Origin: Octopus vulgaris
Lineage: Eukaryota
Length of the DNA: 64,000 nucleotides
Reading direction: 5' to 3'
Assembly (NCBI GenBank): GCA_951406725.2
Contig: OX597818.1
Location: 89,900,001 to 89,964,000 of the forward strand
Below, piece after piece: positions 52,001 to 64,000 of this stretch (position 1 is the first letter of the stretch; every line of letters begins with the position of its first letter). The translations under genes and the position numbers were made by a program. The notes below the pieces were generated by a model, which saw only the letters and a list, made by a program, of their open reading frames with translations, was not told the DNA's origin and ran no database searches.

Positions 52001-53525
52001 GAATTGTGGTTGTGGCCTAGTAATAGGCGTAGGAGTGGCTGTGTGGTAAGTAGCTTGCTTACGAACCACATGGTTCTGGGTTCACTCCTACTGCGTGGCA
52101 CCTTGGGCAAGTGTCTTCTACTATAGCCTTGGGCTGACCAATGCCTTGTGGGTAGACTTGGTAGATGGAAACTGAAAGAAGCCCTGTTGTAAGGCGGTGC
52201 TCCAGCATGGCCACAGTTAAATGACTGAAACAAGTAAAGGAATAAAGGAGTACTGGTGACATGAGAATGACATCCATGCTTGTACCAGCGATATGTTAAA
52301 AAGCACCCGTGCTAGTGACATGTGGGAGGCATGCGTGATGGTCACATGTAAAAAGGCAACCATGCTGGTGACACATAAAAGATACCTGTGCCGGTGACAC
52401 ATAAATGGCTCCTAGTGGTTGGTGTTAGGAAGGGCATCCAGCCATAAAAATCAAGCCAAAACAGACTGGAACCTGGTGCAGTTCTCTGGCTTACCATATC
52501 CAGTTAAACTGTCTAACCCATGCCAGCATGGAAAACGAACATTATATGATGATGATGACAGGCTTCTTTTAGTTTCCATGTACTAAATCCACTCACAAGG
52601 TTTTGGCTGGCCTTAGGTTATGGTACGAAACAATTGCCCAACGTACCATGCAGTGTGACTGAACTCAGAACTATGTGGTTGGGAAGAAAACCTCTTACCA
52701 CACATTAGACTATGGCCATACTGGAGCATCATCTTGAAGAACTGCTAGTCAAATGAATTGGTCCCAGTACTTATTTTTGTATTTTGAACCTGCAACTTAT
52801 TCTATCAGTCACTTTTGCTGACCTGCTGAGATACAGGGATGTAAACAAACCAGCATCGGTTGTCAAGTGCACCTACATATATATATATACATACACATAT
52901 ACATAGATAGATACATACATACACATACATATATATAACATACACTAACATATGTAGTGCATACATACAAATACATCTACATACATGCATATCATAATCA
53001 TCATCATCATCATCATTCAATGTCCATTGTCCATGCTGGCTTGAGTTGGACGGTTAGATCAGGGCTGGTAAGCTGGAAGGCCACACAAGACTCCAGTCTG
53101 ATTTGGCATGGTTTTCTATGGCTGGATGCCCTTCCTAATGCCAACCCCTTCGAGAGTGTAATGAGTGCTTTTACATACCACCGGCACAAGTGCCATTTAC
53201 ATGACACCAGTATCTGCCACGACTACAATTTTGCTCGGTTTGATGGGTCTCCTTCTGAAGCATGACATAATGCCAAAGATTTTGGTCATTGCCTCTGTGA
53301 GGCCCATCATTTGAAAGGAACTTTGCCACTTTGCCTCTGTGGAGCCCAACCCACATAGGTACATACATCATACCAAGGTACATATATCATGCACATATAC
53401 GTGAACACACATACACCTGCATACACATATACATGCATACATATACAAACATACATACATGCTTACATACACACATACATATATACATACATACAGACAA
53501 TCATAAATATACACATGCATATACA

Positions 53526-53576
<51 letters not shown>

Positions 53577-54367
53577 ACTCTTAGAGCGAGTTATAAACAG
53601 TAGCTGCAACACATCGTGATGTATATTTGCCATTTAAATATGACTAACCCCTAAGGGTGGATGCTACTGTAGTTTGTAGCCCCAGGAGAACACCTCCTCC
53701 AGCTGGCTTTAGACACACTTTCTGTGCCCTATCAGTAATTGCAAAGAGAAGCCATCCTTCCCGTCTTCCCTTTGCAAATACTGATAGGGTACAGAAAGTG
53801 TATCTAAAGCCAGCTGGAGAGGTGTCCTCCTGGGGCTACAAACTACAGTAGCATGCACCCTTAGGGGTTAGCCATATTTAAATGGCAAATATGGTCACAA
53901 ATATACGTCAAATATATATATATATATATATATATTACATATATAGATACACACATGCGTGCGCACATGCATAAACACACACACACATGCACAGACACAA
54001 TCACAAACAAGTTCTCATAGTACTATGATCTGCCATACAAAGGTCACATTATTCTCAGAGCAAAACCAAGGAGAGATGTAAATAAAAAGAATAGTTTTTA
54101 CAAAACTGGACAAAGTTCTGAAGGCCTAAATTTTAAGCTTAGTCAATACCAAATTAGTCATTTTTTTATGCATCTCCCTCCTCCTCTCCCTCCTCCTCCT
54201 CCTCCTCTGTCTTATTCTTCTTTGTCTCTTTCTTTTGTCTTATCCTCCTCCTCCTTTTTTAGCCAAAGGTCAGACCTACATTCAAAGTTGTTCCAACCAA
54301 GACACAGTTTAAATCTTTTTTATGCATTTCCAAAAGTGCATTATCTAATGTGCCCTCCCCTTCCTTT

Positions 54368-54369
<2 letters not shown>

Positions 54370-54405
<36 letters not shown>

Positions 54406-55016
54406 TGTGTACAGTGCTCAGGTGCACTACAACTCATCTAAAGTGTATATATAATCAGGTGTGGTTTCGACGGATTTCGGGAAGCATGAGGGCCTTAAAG
54501 GATGCAGTGTCATGGCAGTCAACAACTGATGCAGGCAGTTTATTCCACGCTTCAGCAACCCTGAGCGTGAAAAAATGTTTCCGAAAGTCATGGGAGCTGT
54601 GCTGTTTTCTGACTTTGTAGGCATGTCCACGTGTGTTAGACACATGGAGATCAAAAAGGTGTTCAGTGTTGTTGTTGGTGAGGTGGTTGATAACCTTGTG
54701 GGTGTTTACCAAGTCCGTCGCCAGACGCCGGAGCTTCAGTGAATCCATGCCCAGGGAAACAAGGCGCTCAGAATATGGTAGGTGTCTGATGGAGGGTATG
54801 CGTTTGGTTGCACGTCTCTGGACAGATTCCAGGAGGTCAATGTTCTGAGCAAGATAGGGATTCCAAACTGATGATGCGAATTCCAAGTGTGGTCGTACCA
54901 TAGCTGTATACAGTTTTAAATAGATGGCTGGAGAGCGGCTAACAAAAGTCTTGCTGAGTGATGCCAAGACACCCTCGGCCTTCTTGACAATTTTAGAGAT
55001 ATGCTTTGTCCAACGC
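54370..55016 (-). mobile_element. CR1-clade LINE 3' fragment with (ATT)n tail, ORF still open
   Basis: KLYTAMVRPHLEFASSVWNPY...LESVQRRATK...YSERL...TRGH...FFTLRVAEAWNKLP. Confidence 0.92.
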
Positions 55017-55212
55017 TTTTTTTTTTTTCAAGACAGTTCAGCAAAATCCAACAGGGATTTGGTTGCTATTTCTAACATTCTCAGTGACAATGTAGAAACT
55101 TCCTTTATTGACTAGTGACCTCTAGTAACCAATACCAGACTGATCTGCTTTAGATAATCATGTTAATCAGAACCACCTGTTTTTTGTTGGACTATTTCTA
55201 TTATTATCATTA

Positions 55213-55273
<61 letters not shown>

Positions 55274-55471
55274 GGTGATGAGCTGGCTGAATTGTTAGCA
55301 AGCCAGATGAAATGCTTAGTGGTATTTCATCTGCTTAGCGGTATTTCACATTCTGGATTCAAATTTCACTGAGGTCGACTTTGCTTTTCATTCTTTTGGA
55401 GTTGAGGAATTAAGTACCAGTTGAGTACTGGGGTTGACGTAATTGACTGGTCCCCTCCCCCAAAATTTCAG

Positions 55472-55965
55472 ATACAAAGTCCAGTATACCCATCATGACT
55501 ACCCATCTGATAAGGGCACACCAGGCACATGCATCACAACCATATGTGCTCGACATGATTTCATATCAAGATAAACAGTGCATGACCTTGCAGGTGGGGT
55601 CCAGTTAGAATTTTCTTCAGGTCGAGTAGCCCATCCCACTCAAAAGGTCCTTGAATAAGGATTAAGGATGTTGAACGAAACACCCCTGTTTCCAAAGGTG
55701 AATTATCCAAACCCCAAAGAATCCCTCTCAACACACTACTGCTCGTGATCAGAGATGCACATATCATCAGCCACTAAGGGACATGCTCAACTGGTTAAGG
55801 TCAAACAACTGACAAGCAAATCTGTGGTATTGAGCAGAATATTTGCTGTAGCCCATCTTTTATACCAAGACAAAACAATGTACATGATAACACTTGCAAT
55901 CAGTTAAGATCAGAAGCCATGAGAGCCACTGCCTGGTACTGCATCAGGGCATTTATTATTATTAT
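55472..55965 (+). mobile_element. (TAA)n-associated non-autonomous repeat; partial second copy at ~56378-56712
   Basis: cagtatacccatcatgactaccc...ccaaaccccaaagaat is shared by both copies. (ATT)n tail. Confidence 0.65.
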
Positions 55966-56035
55966 TATCATAATTTATCTTCTTCTTCTTCTTCTTCTTC
56001 TTCTTCTTCTTCTTCTTCTTCTTCTTCTTCTTCTT

Positions 56036-56096
<61 letters not shown>

Positions 56097-56331
56097 GTAG
56101 TGTTAGTAGTAGTAGTATAAAGGTGGTGATCTGGCAGAATTGTTAGCATGCTGGACGGAATGCTTTGTGGTATTTCACCCGTTGCTACATTCTGAGTTCA
56201 AATTGCACCGAGGTTGACTTTGCCTTTCATCCTTTCAGGGTCAATAAAATAAGTACCAGTTGAACACTGGGTCAATGTAATTGACTCATCACCTCCCCCA
56301 AAATTGCTGCCCTTGTGGCAAAATTTGAAAC

Positions 56332-56377
<46 letters not shown>

Positions 56378-57482
56378 GAGTGAGAGAGCAGTGCATGCCA
56401 TCAAAGTGACACCGGGGTAAAATATACAAAGCCCAGTATACCCATCATGACTACCCGTCTGATAAGGGCACACCAGGCACATGCATCACAACCATATGTG
56501 CTCGATGTGATTTCATATCAAGATAAGCAGTGCATGACCTTGCAGGTGGGGTCCAATTAGAATTTTCTTCAGGTCGAGTAGCTCATCCCACTCAAAAGGT
56601 CCTTGAATAAGGATTAAGGATGTTGAACGAAACATCCCTGTTTCCAAAGGTGAATTATCCAAACCCCAAAGAATTCCTCTCAATACATGGTTATGATGCT
56701 CCCCCACTACTTCTGATAAATTCACTTTAGAGTTTCACCCTGTTATGTGGATAGTGGATGGAGGATATCCTGAGAAAAAGACAACAAAATAATAATGCTT
56801 ATCTACAAAGAGTGGATAAGTTCAATATATGTCCATTACCAGTTTTTCATCTTCAATCTCATTGTTTGCTTACATCTGGCATCTGGGATATAAAACATCG
56901 TAACAAAAATCAGTGCCGGCAAATATTTCTATAGAACATTTACTCTTTTACTCTTTTACTTGTTTCAGTCATTTAACTGTGACCATGCTGGAGCACCACC
57001 TTTAGATGAACAAATCGACCCCCAAAACTTATTCTTTGCAAGCCTAGTACTTATTCTATCAGTTTCTGTTGCCAAACTGCTAAGTTACGGGGACGTAAAC
57101 ACACCAGCACCGGTTGTCAGGTGATGTTGGGGGGGACAAACACACACAAACACACACACACACACATGTATATCCGACAGGCTTCTTTCAGTTTCTGTCT
57201 ATGTATGAAACAAATTTATAAAGTTTAAAACCATTTTATTATCATGAAACACAGCAATTTGTTTACCCACTTTTTTTCAATTTTCATAAACCTCTCCTCT
57301 CATGTAATATTAGATGATATGGGAGGTGTGAAAATATCTTGATGCAAGAGTAAGACCCATATGAAATACTGCTCACATATTTGAAGTAATTATGCCAACA
57401 CACACACACACAAACACACACACACATGCATGCATGCACACAAAAATACATACACATAAACAAACATGCACACACACTAACA

Positions 57483-57703
57483 TATGAGAATGTATTGAAA
57501 AGTTCTTGGCTTTGGGTAAAAAGAAATACAGGAGAATCAGTTAATTATGATTTTATTGAACACATTTCCCTCTCGGATTCACAAACTTATTGCAGCAACC
57601 TTTCATTTCTTCTAAGCCCTGTAAAAGAACTCAGAAATTAGGGCCTCCAACTAGGCCTTACACAATACCCTTAACCCCAGGAACTTTTCAGCACTCCCTT
57701 GTA
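57483..57703 (-). mobile_element. Mariner-derived MITE, same family as 407-580
   Basis: Degenerate TIRs (gtattgaaaagttc / gaacttttcagcactcccttgta). Interior resembles the 12817 copy. Confidence 0.6.
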
Positions 57704-60166
57704 CATAGTCATTCTAAAAAAAAAAAAGACCATTCAGTTGGTCATTATTCAATTTATCGTGGTGTCAGGGTTACCATTTTGTAGTGGTAATGTCGATTAA
57801 ATGACACACTATAATTTAATGAGTATGACTATGAGTATTTAATGAGTATGAGTATGAGTATTTAATGAGTATGAGAGAAAGAGGGGTCACCATCTTGTAC
57901 ATAGTAACAAGAAAATAGGATTTCGAGAGACGTTTATAATAAATCATGACATATTTATGACTGGAGGTAATGCGTTAACATATAAGGTTAATTGAAGGAA
58001 AGTTTATAACATTACATGAGCTGGCAGAAACATTAGTGCGCTGGGCGAAAATCTTAGCAGTATTTCGTCTGTCGTTACATACTGAGTTCAAATTCTGCCA
58101 AGGTCGATAAATAAAGTACCAGTTTCACACTGGGGTCGATGTAATCGTCTTAATCCCTTTGTCTGTCCTTGTTTGTCCCCTTGTGGGCAGTAAAGAAATA
58201 TATATTCTGTTTGCAATTACATGTCTCCAAGTAAGTGAGGCGAACGTGCACGTGAGCTGGTGTGTAAATGTGGCAGCTTGACCCAATGCATGTTGAAGAA
58301 TCAACAGGCATTCAATGGTGCAAATTTAGAAATTCCTTCTTTTATATAAAGGATGAACCGGAAGTCCCCGACGTCCACCTAAACCAGAAACTTCCAGAAT
58401 GTTTAAGAACTTTCTAGAAGCTCAAGGGAGATTACTCTCGTTAAATCCCTTTTCCCTTTTGCTTCCTAACATGACCGCCAGGATTCACTACAAATTCCTA
58501 CCTCACATCTATGCCTTTTCTTCTCTTTCCTTATCCAATCTGTACCACTAATCATATAGGTGCAGCTGTTTCTTCTCATTGACTCTGCTATCACTATTAT
58601 AATAGTCCCCCTCTTCTATACAAACTAGTTGTACACCCTTATCAGTCACACTCATTCATTCCACTAGTCTCTTCTACCATCACTCTTATTATGTCTTATC
58701 TCACTGATCAGTGAAGGTACATGGCTCAGTGGTTAGAGCACCGCGCTTACGATCATGAGGTTGTGAGCTCGAATCTCATACCGGGCTGCATGTTGTGTTC
58801 TTGAGCAAGACACTTTATTTCATGTTGCTCCAGTTCACTCAGCTGTAGAAATGAGTTGCGACATCACAGGTGCCAAGCTGTTATCTACTGTTGCCTTTCC
58901 CTTGGATAACACTGGTAGTGTGGAGAGGGGAGGCCGGTATGCATGGGCGACTGCTGATCTTCCATAAACAACCTTGCTCGGACTTGTGCCTGGGAAGGTA
59001 ACTTTCTAGGTGCAATCCCATGGTCTGTGTCATGACCGAAGGTGGGGGTCTCAGATCTCACAGATCCCTTACTGAATATACTCTTTATCCATTCCCTCAT
59101 GACCAGAAGTGTAGCACATTGGAATTCTCTGTCCATCAACATTTTTACTACTTTAGCATTTAAACTAGCCATATCCAACCCAAATATTCGACCAGTTCCA
59201 TATTCAAACTGACCACATCTGACTGCACACCTACCTTACAACATCATTCTAAAAATAATCACTTCATTAAAATCTTGAAGCTATGAGATAATGCATTATT
59301 AATTTTGAACAATGTTAATAAACAAGCAATACATTCGACAGTGTAGTCTGAATGTTTCATGGTCAAGCTGAGCATCAAAGATACTGGCGATTTTACAGAT
59401 CAGCAAAGGAGTGAGGTCCTGTTAAAGTCATGGGTACTTTCTCTCTTTCTCTGACTAATTTATAAAAAAAAAATTGCAAAGAATAGATAATTAGTCAAAT
59501 TCTGACCCAATATCTTTGACTTCCTGCAAGCTATAAGTAATCTCTACTGCATCTTTTGCTTGTTTCAATCATTGGATTGTGGCCATGCTGGGGCATTGCC
59601 TTGAAGGATTTTACTCAAATGAGTTGACTCTAAGTGCTTATAATTTTTAAAAACCTGGTACTTATTCTATCAGTCACTTTTAAGTTATGAAGATGTAAAC
59701 ATGCCAAAACTGGTTGTCAAGTAACAGTGGGAAATAAATGGACACTTGCACATGCACATGCATATGTGTGTGTGTGTGTGTGTGTAGATGTGTATATATG
59801 TGTATCATCATCATCATTGTTTAACATTTGCCTTCCAAGCTGGCATGGGTTGGACATATTTACATACATTTTATATATATAAGAGAAGAAAATGGATATA
59901 ACAATGGGAAACTCATGGTTTATGCTGGCATATCTTTAATTAAATAGGTAACAAAGAAGTAAGGAGCAGAGATGCCAGCGTAAACCATGAGTTTCCCATT
60001 GTTATTATATCCATTTTCTTCTCTTATATAACCTAAACTTTGGTTTACCAACCGAACCACTTGCTACTGTGCAATCTTTCAAAAGACTGTACCTACCCAG
60101 CTCATAGCCAGGAGCGACTCTGGATTTAATTATCCCTTAGAGGTATTAAACTCCTCTAACTTGATA

Positions 60167-60210
<44 letters not shown>

Positions 60211-63200
60211 ATCCAAACAAGAAAACACAAAAAAACGCAACAACGCGAGGACGTGGAACAAATATAGTATTATTGGACACTCAGGAAAGAAGGGAAGAAG
60301 GAGGGTTTAACGTTTTGAGCGGAGCTCTTCGTCGGAAACATAGGAGAAGGAAAGATCCAGAGAAGGGAAGATAGAGGAAAAAAAATCGCCAACGGTACAC
60401 ACGAGGTCACATTTTGAAAGACCGGAAGGAGAACAGGCTTCTTCCAGTTTCTTTGCACAAGATTTTAGTTGGCCTTAGGCTATAATAGAAGACACTTGCC
60501 CAAGGTGGCATGCAGTCGAACTGAACATGGAACCATTTGGTTAGAAAGCAAAGTTCCTTCCACATATGCTTGTGCCTGTTGTAAAGTAATAAAAAAATAT
60601 ATATATAATCTAAAAACTCAAGGTACATTTTAGCTCTCATTACTTTTTAGCTTTCATAGTAATCAGATAAGAGGCAAATGGAACAACATTGCTTTGATCA
60701 GATTACTACATATCTGCTACTCCTCCTTTACAAGCCACAAAATAGCCCATATTGTAATGTACTGAGAATATATAGAATCCACAAACTGAAAGTGCTTTTT
60801 AGTCTGCAGTACTATGGTCTTCATCAGATAAGAAACAAATGGAACAAAATTGCTATCAATGGCTATACCTACCAAATGTTCTGCTTGCTCTTCTCCCCTA
60901 TACCTTAACACAGTTATGTGAACTGGGGTAAAGTAGAATAAAGTGTTCTGTCCAGAAATGCCCTGATTTCAATTCACAATCTCTGGTTTTCTAAATATAT
61001 ATGTACAATGGTTCTTTCAAAGCATGGTGCTTAGCTCTGGTTTTCAGACAATTTTTAAAGAGCAACAAATTTAAATAAGAGATAAATTTAAGGTTTTGTT
61101 TTAAGAGAGTAAGAGACAAATTGCATACTTCATAAGCAGATGGGGGCTAAATTTTAAAGATTTGTGAAATGATGGAAATGAATTTTAAAGTTTTTCATAA
61201 GCAGGTGAGAACTATTAAGAGCCTGTGAGGTGAAATGTATAGTTTTTCAAGGAGATGAGAAGTAATTTTTAGATTTGCAAGAGTTTTAAGGGGTTGGGGA
61301 AAAGGCTGTATTAAGACCCACATACATACATACAAACATACATACATACATACATACATACATACAAACATACATACATACATACATACATACATACATA
61401 CATACATACATACATACATACATACATAAACAGACAGACAAATAGATAGATAGGTATCATCATCTTTGTAATCATTTAATGTCCATTTTTCACACTGGTA
61501 TAGGTTGGATGGTTTGGTAGGAGCTGGTCAGCGGGGAAGCTGTACCAGGCTCCAATTGTCTGTTTCCACATGGTTTCTATGACTGGTTGCCCTTCCTAAT
61601 GCCAACCACTTTACAGAGTGTATAGGATGACTTTTTATGTGGCACCAGCACAAGTACTTTAGATGTGGATTTGACATGGGTGCTTTGTATGTGGCATTGG
61701 CATGAGTACTTTTTACATGGCGCCATCAGGGGTGCTTCTTATGTGGAACTGGTGAGAGTGCATCATATGTGGAATTGGCACAGGTGCTTTTTACTAGGTA
61801 GTGGCTTAGGCGCCTTTATGTAGCACTGGCATGTAAAGAGAAAGAGTGAAAGAGAGAGAAAGAGAGAAAGACAGAGAGAGATGCACCCATACTTAGTATT
61901 CCTTTTCAGGTGAACAGACTGGAGCAATGTTAAATGAAGGGCCTCAATGTACTGCTCAGTCCCAGAATTGAACACAAGAAGGCAGCAATCTGGCAGAATC
62001 GTTAGCATGCAGGGCGAAATGCTTAGCAGTATTTCGTCCACCTGAGTTCAAATTCCGTTCTGAGTTCAAATTCCGCTGAGGTTGACTTTGCCTTTCATCC
62101 TTTTGAGGTCGATAAATTAAGTACCAGTCACACACTGGGGTCAATGTAATCAACTTAATCCCTTTGTCTGTCCTTGTTTGTCCCCTCTCTGTTTAGCCCA
62201 CTGTGTGAAATAAAGAAATAAGAATTGAACACATAAACCTTATGCTGGGAGCCCAACACCTTAACTGCTAGACCTTACTATTTCAGTGTTATTTTAAGAA
62301 ATACTTTGAAATGCCAAGTAAGGATTTGAACTGTTGACCTCTCATAAGGTATGTCTCTACTAACTTATCTACTTGACTGCACCCTTCTCTCTCAGCCAAC
62401 TTAAATCTGCTATTGACCACATAATTTCTGGCTGTCCAGTCCTTGGCAAGACCAAATATATACATAGTCGCAATTGAGATGGTAGCTATGTTTACTTGGC
62501 AATATGCCAACATTTCAATGTGAAAATGGACACAAAACAGTATTAAAAAAATCAAACGCAAAACATGACAATAACCTAGCTACAATCCTCTAGGGCATAC
62601 CTATTTAAACTGACAAGAAAATAAGAAAGAAAATTAAAAACAAAAACAAAAACAATCTTTCCGGATATAAATAATCTAGGATTTGAATGAAAATATCTGC
62701 AAACTGATAGATTTCATGATCCTTTCTAATCAAAATATTGCCAAAAAGAAGGTCAAAATAGAAAGATCTTGAAACTGAACCAAACAGGATGTGGGTGTAT
62801 AAAAATTAAAAAGAGTATTAATGGCAACTGAGACATAGGTATGATTATATAAATATAAATGAAAATATAGAATCCAGGGCTCATAAAATTATGCACAGTT
62901 CTCAACAGCAACACTACTAGGTATGGTCTGCATCTATATAAACACTTTTAATTTAGTGGTACAACTGAAACAGGGCACACTCTCCACCCACAACACAAAC
63001 TCTATACAATAACTGGCAAATATAATAACACAACCCATTTAACAAAAAAAAAACTCAGCAAATAATGTAAGACAACTCACACAACACACATATACACCCT
63101 CTTTTACTCTTTTACTTGTTTCAGTCATTTGACTGCGGCCATGCTGGAGCGCCCGCCTTTAGTCGAGCAAATCGACCCCAGGACTTATTCTTTGTAAGCC

Positions 63201-63434
63201 TAGAACTTATTCTATCGGTCTCTTTTACCGAACCGCTAAGTTACGGGGACATAAACACACCAGCATCGGTTGTCAAGTCGATGTGGGGGGACAAATACAC
63301 ACACACACACACAAACACCGACACACATATATATACATATACATATATACAACGGGCTTCTTTCAGTTTCCGTCTACCAAATTCACTCACAAGGCTTTGG
63401 TCGACCCGAGGCTATAGTAGAAGACACTTGCCTC

Positions 63435-63730
63435 TTAAACCATTTATACTCTGTCATGCATGCTCACTGACATTACCCATCCAGCAGAGCATGTTAGTTT
63501 CATTTCTTTCAAGCCTTTGCAAGGCCTCTGTAGTCAAAGCCCATGTTTCACTGCCATGTAATATAGCTGTATGTACACAGACACCATACAATCTGCCTTT
63601 CACTCAGAGGGAGAAGCTCTAAGTTAACAACAAAGGTAGAAGAAGCACTCTGAACTGCGCCCAGTCTGTTCTTAGACTAGCAACTACACTTTCAGAACTC
63701 CCCCTGCCCCAGCTAACTTGGTCCCCTTAG
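63435..63730 (-). mobile_element. RTE LINE fragment
   Basis: VKGRLYGVCVHTAILHGSETWALT...LQRLERNE on the minus strand. Confidence 0.75.
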
Positions 63731-63805
63731 TAACAGAAGATATCTACTACGTCTATTGATCCATCTGAGCATTTGAGGAAGCTTATTGTCTGCTTATTTT
63801 TACTG

Positions 63806-63846
<41 letters not shown>

Positions 63847-64000
63847 CATCAACATCAAAATAATAATCAAATGGAAATTGTAGTTATGATACTCATGCCG
63901 GTGGCACGTAAAAAGCACCCACTACACTTACGGAGTGGTTGGCATTAGGAAGAGCATCCAGCTGTAGAAACCCTGCAAGATCTGACTGGAGCCTGGCTCA

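Noticed and set aside
51014-52868. Near-identical ~165-bp direct repeats at ~51014 and ~52703
   Set aside because: SINE-derived segment locally duplicated; no sign of function.
62289-62561. 90-aa ORF with hydrophobic N-terminus
   Set aside because: Non-ATG start, no recognisable homology, weak splice support.

Overview
AT-rich, microsatellite- and SINE-dense animal genomic DNA. The repeat families suggest an octopod cephalopod (Octopus-like); this is an inference. Two convergent intron-containing genes can be assembled by hand from splice sites and reading frame. (1) On +, the 3' half of an inter-alpha-trypsin inhibitor heavy chain (ITIH)-like gene: 8 exons, 239-16046. Its linker is built from three phase-1 microexons (21, 15, 15 nt), two of them a tandem-duplicated cassette, plus a Pro/Arg-rich 90-nt exon. 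It lacks the DPHF cleavage motif. (2) On -, an uncharacterised type I membrane protein: 5 exons found, 42476-29569, 5' exon(s) not securely located. It has a duplicated Cys-rich helical ectodomain, one TM helix and a PPxY-bearing tail. The rest is mobile DNA: a Helitron, a decayed mariner and mariner MITEs, a Merlin-like MITE, an RT-deleted Gypsy LTR element, RTE/CR1/Tx1/R4-Dong/I-type LINE fragments, Penelope-like relics with minimal hammerhead ribozymes, several SINE families, and recurrent fold-back hairpins next to (TA)n tracts. All identifications are by eye, with no database searches run. Repeat boundaries are approximate.
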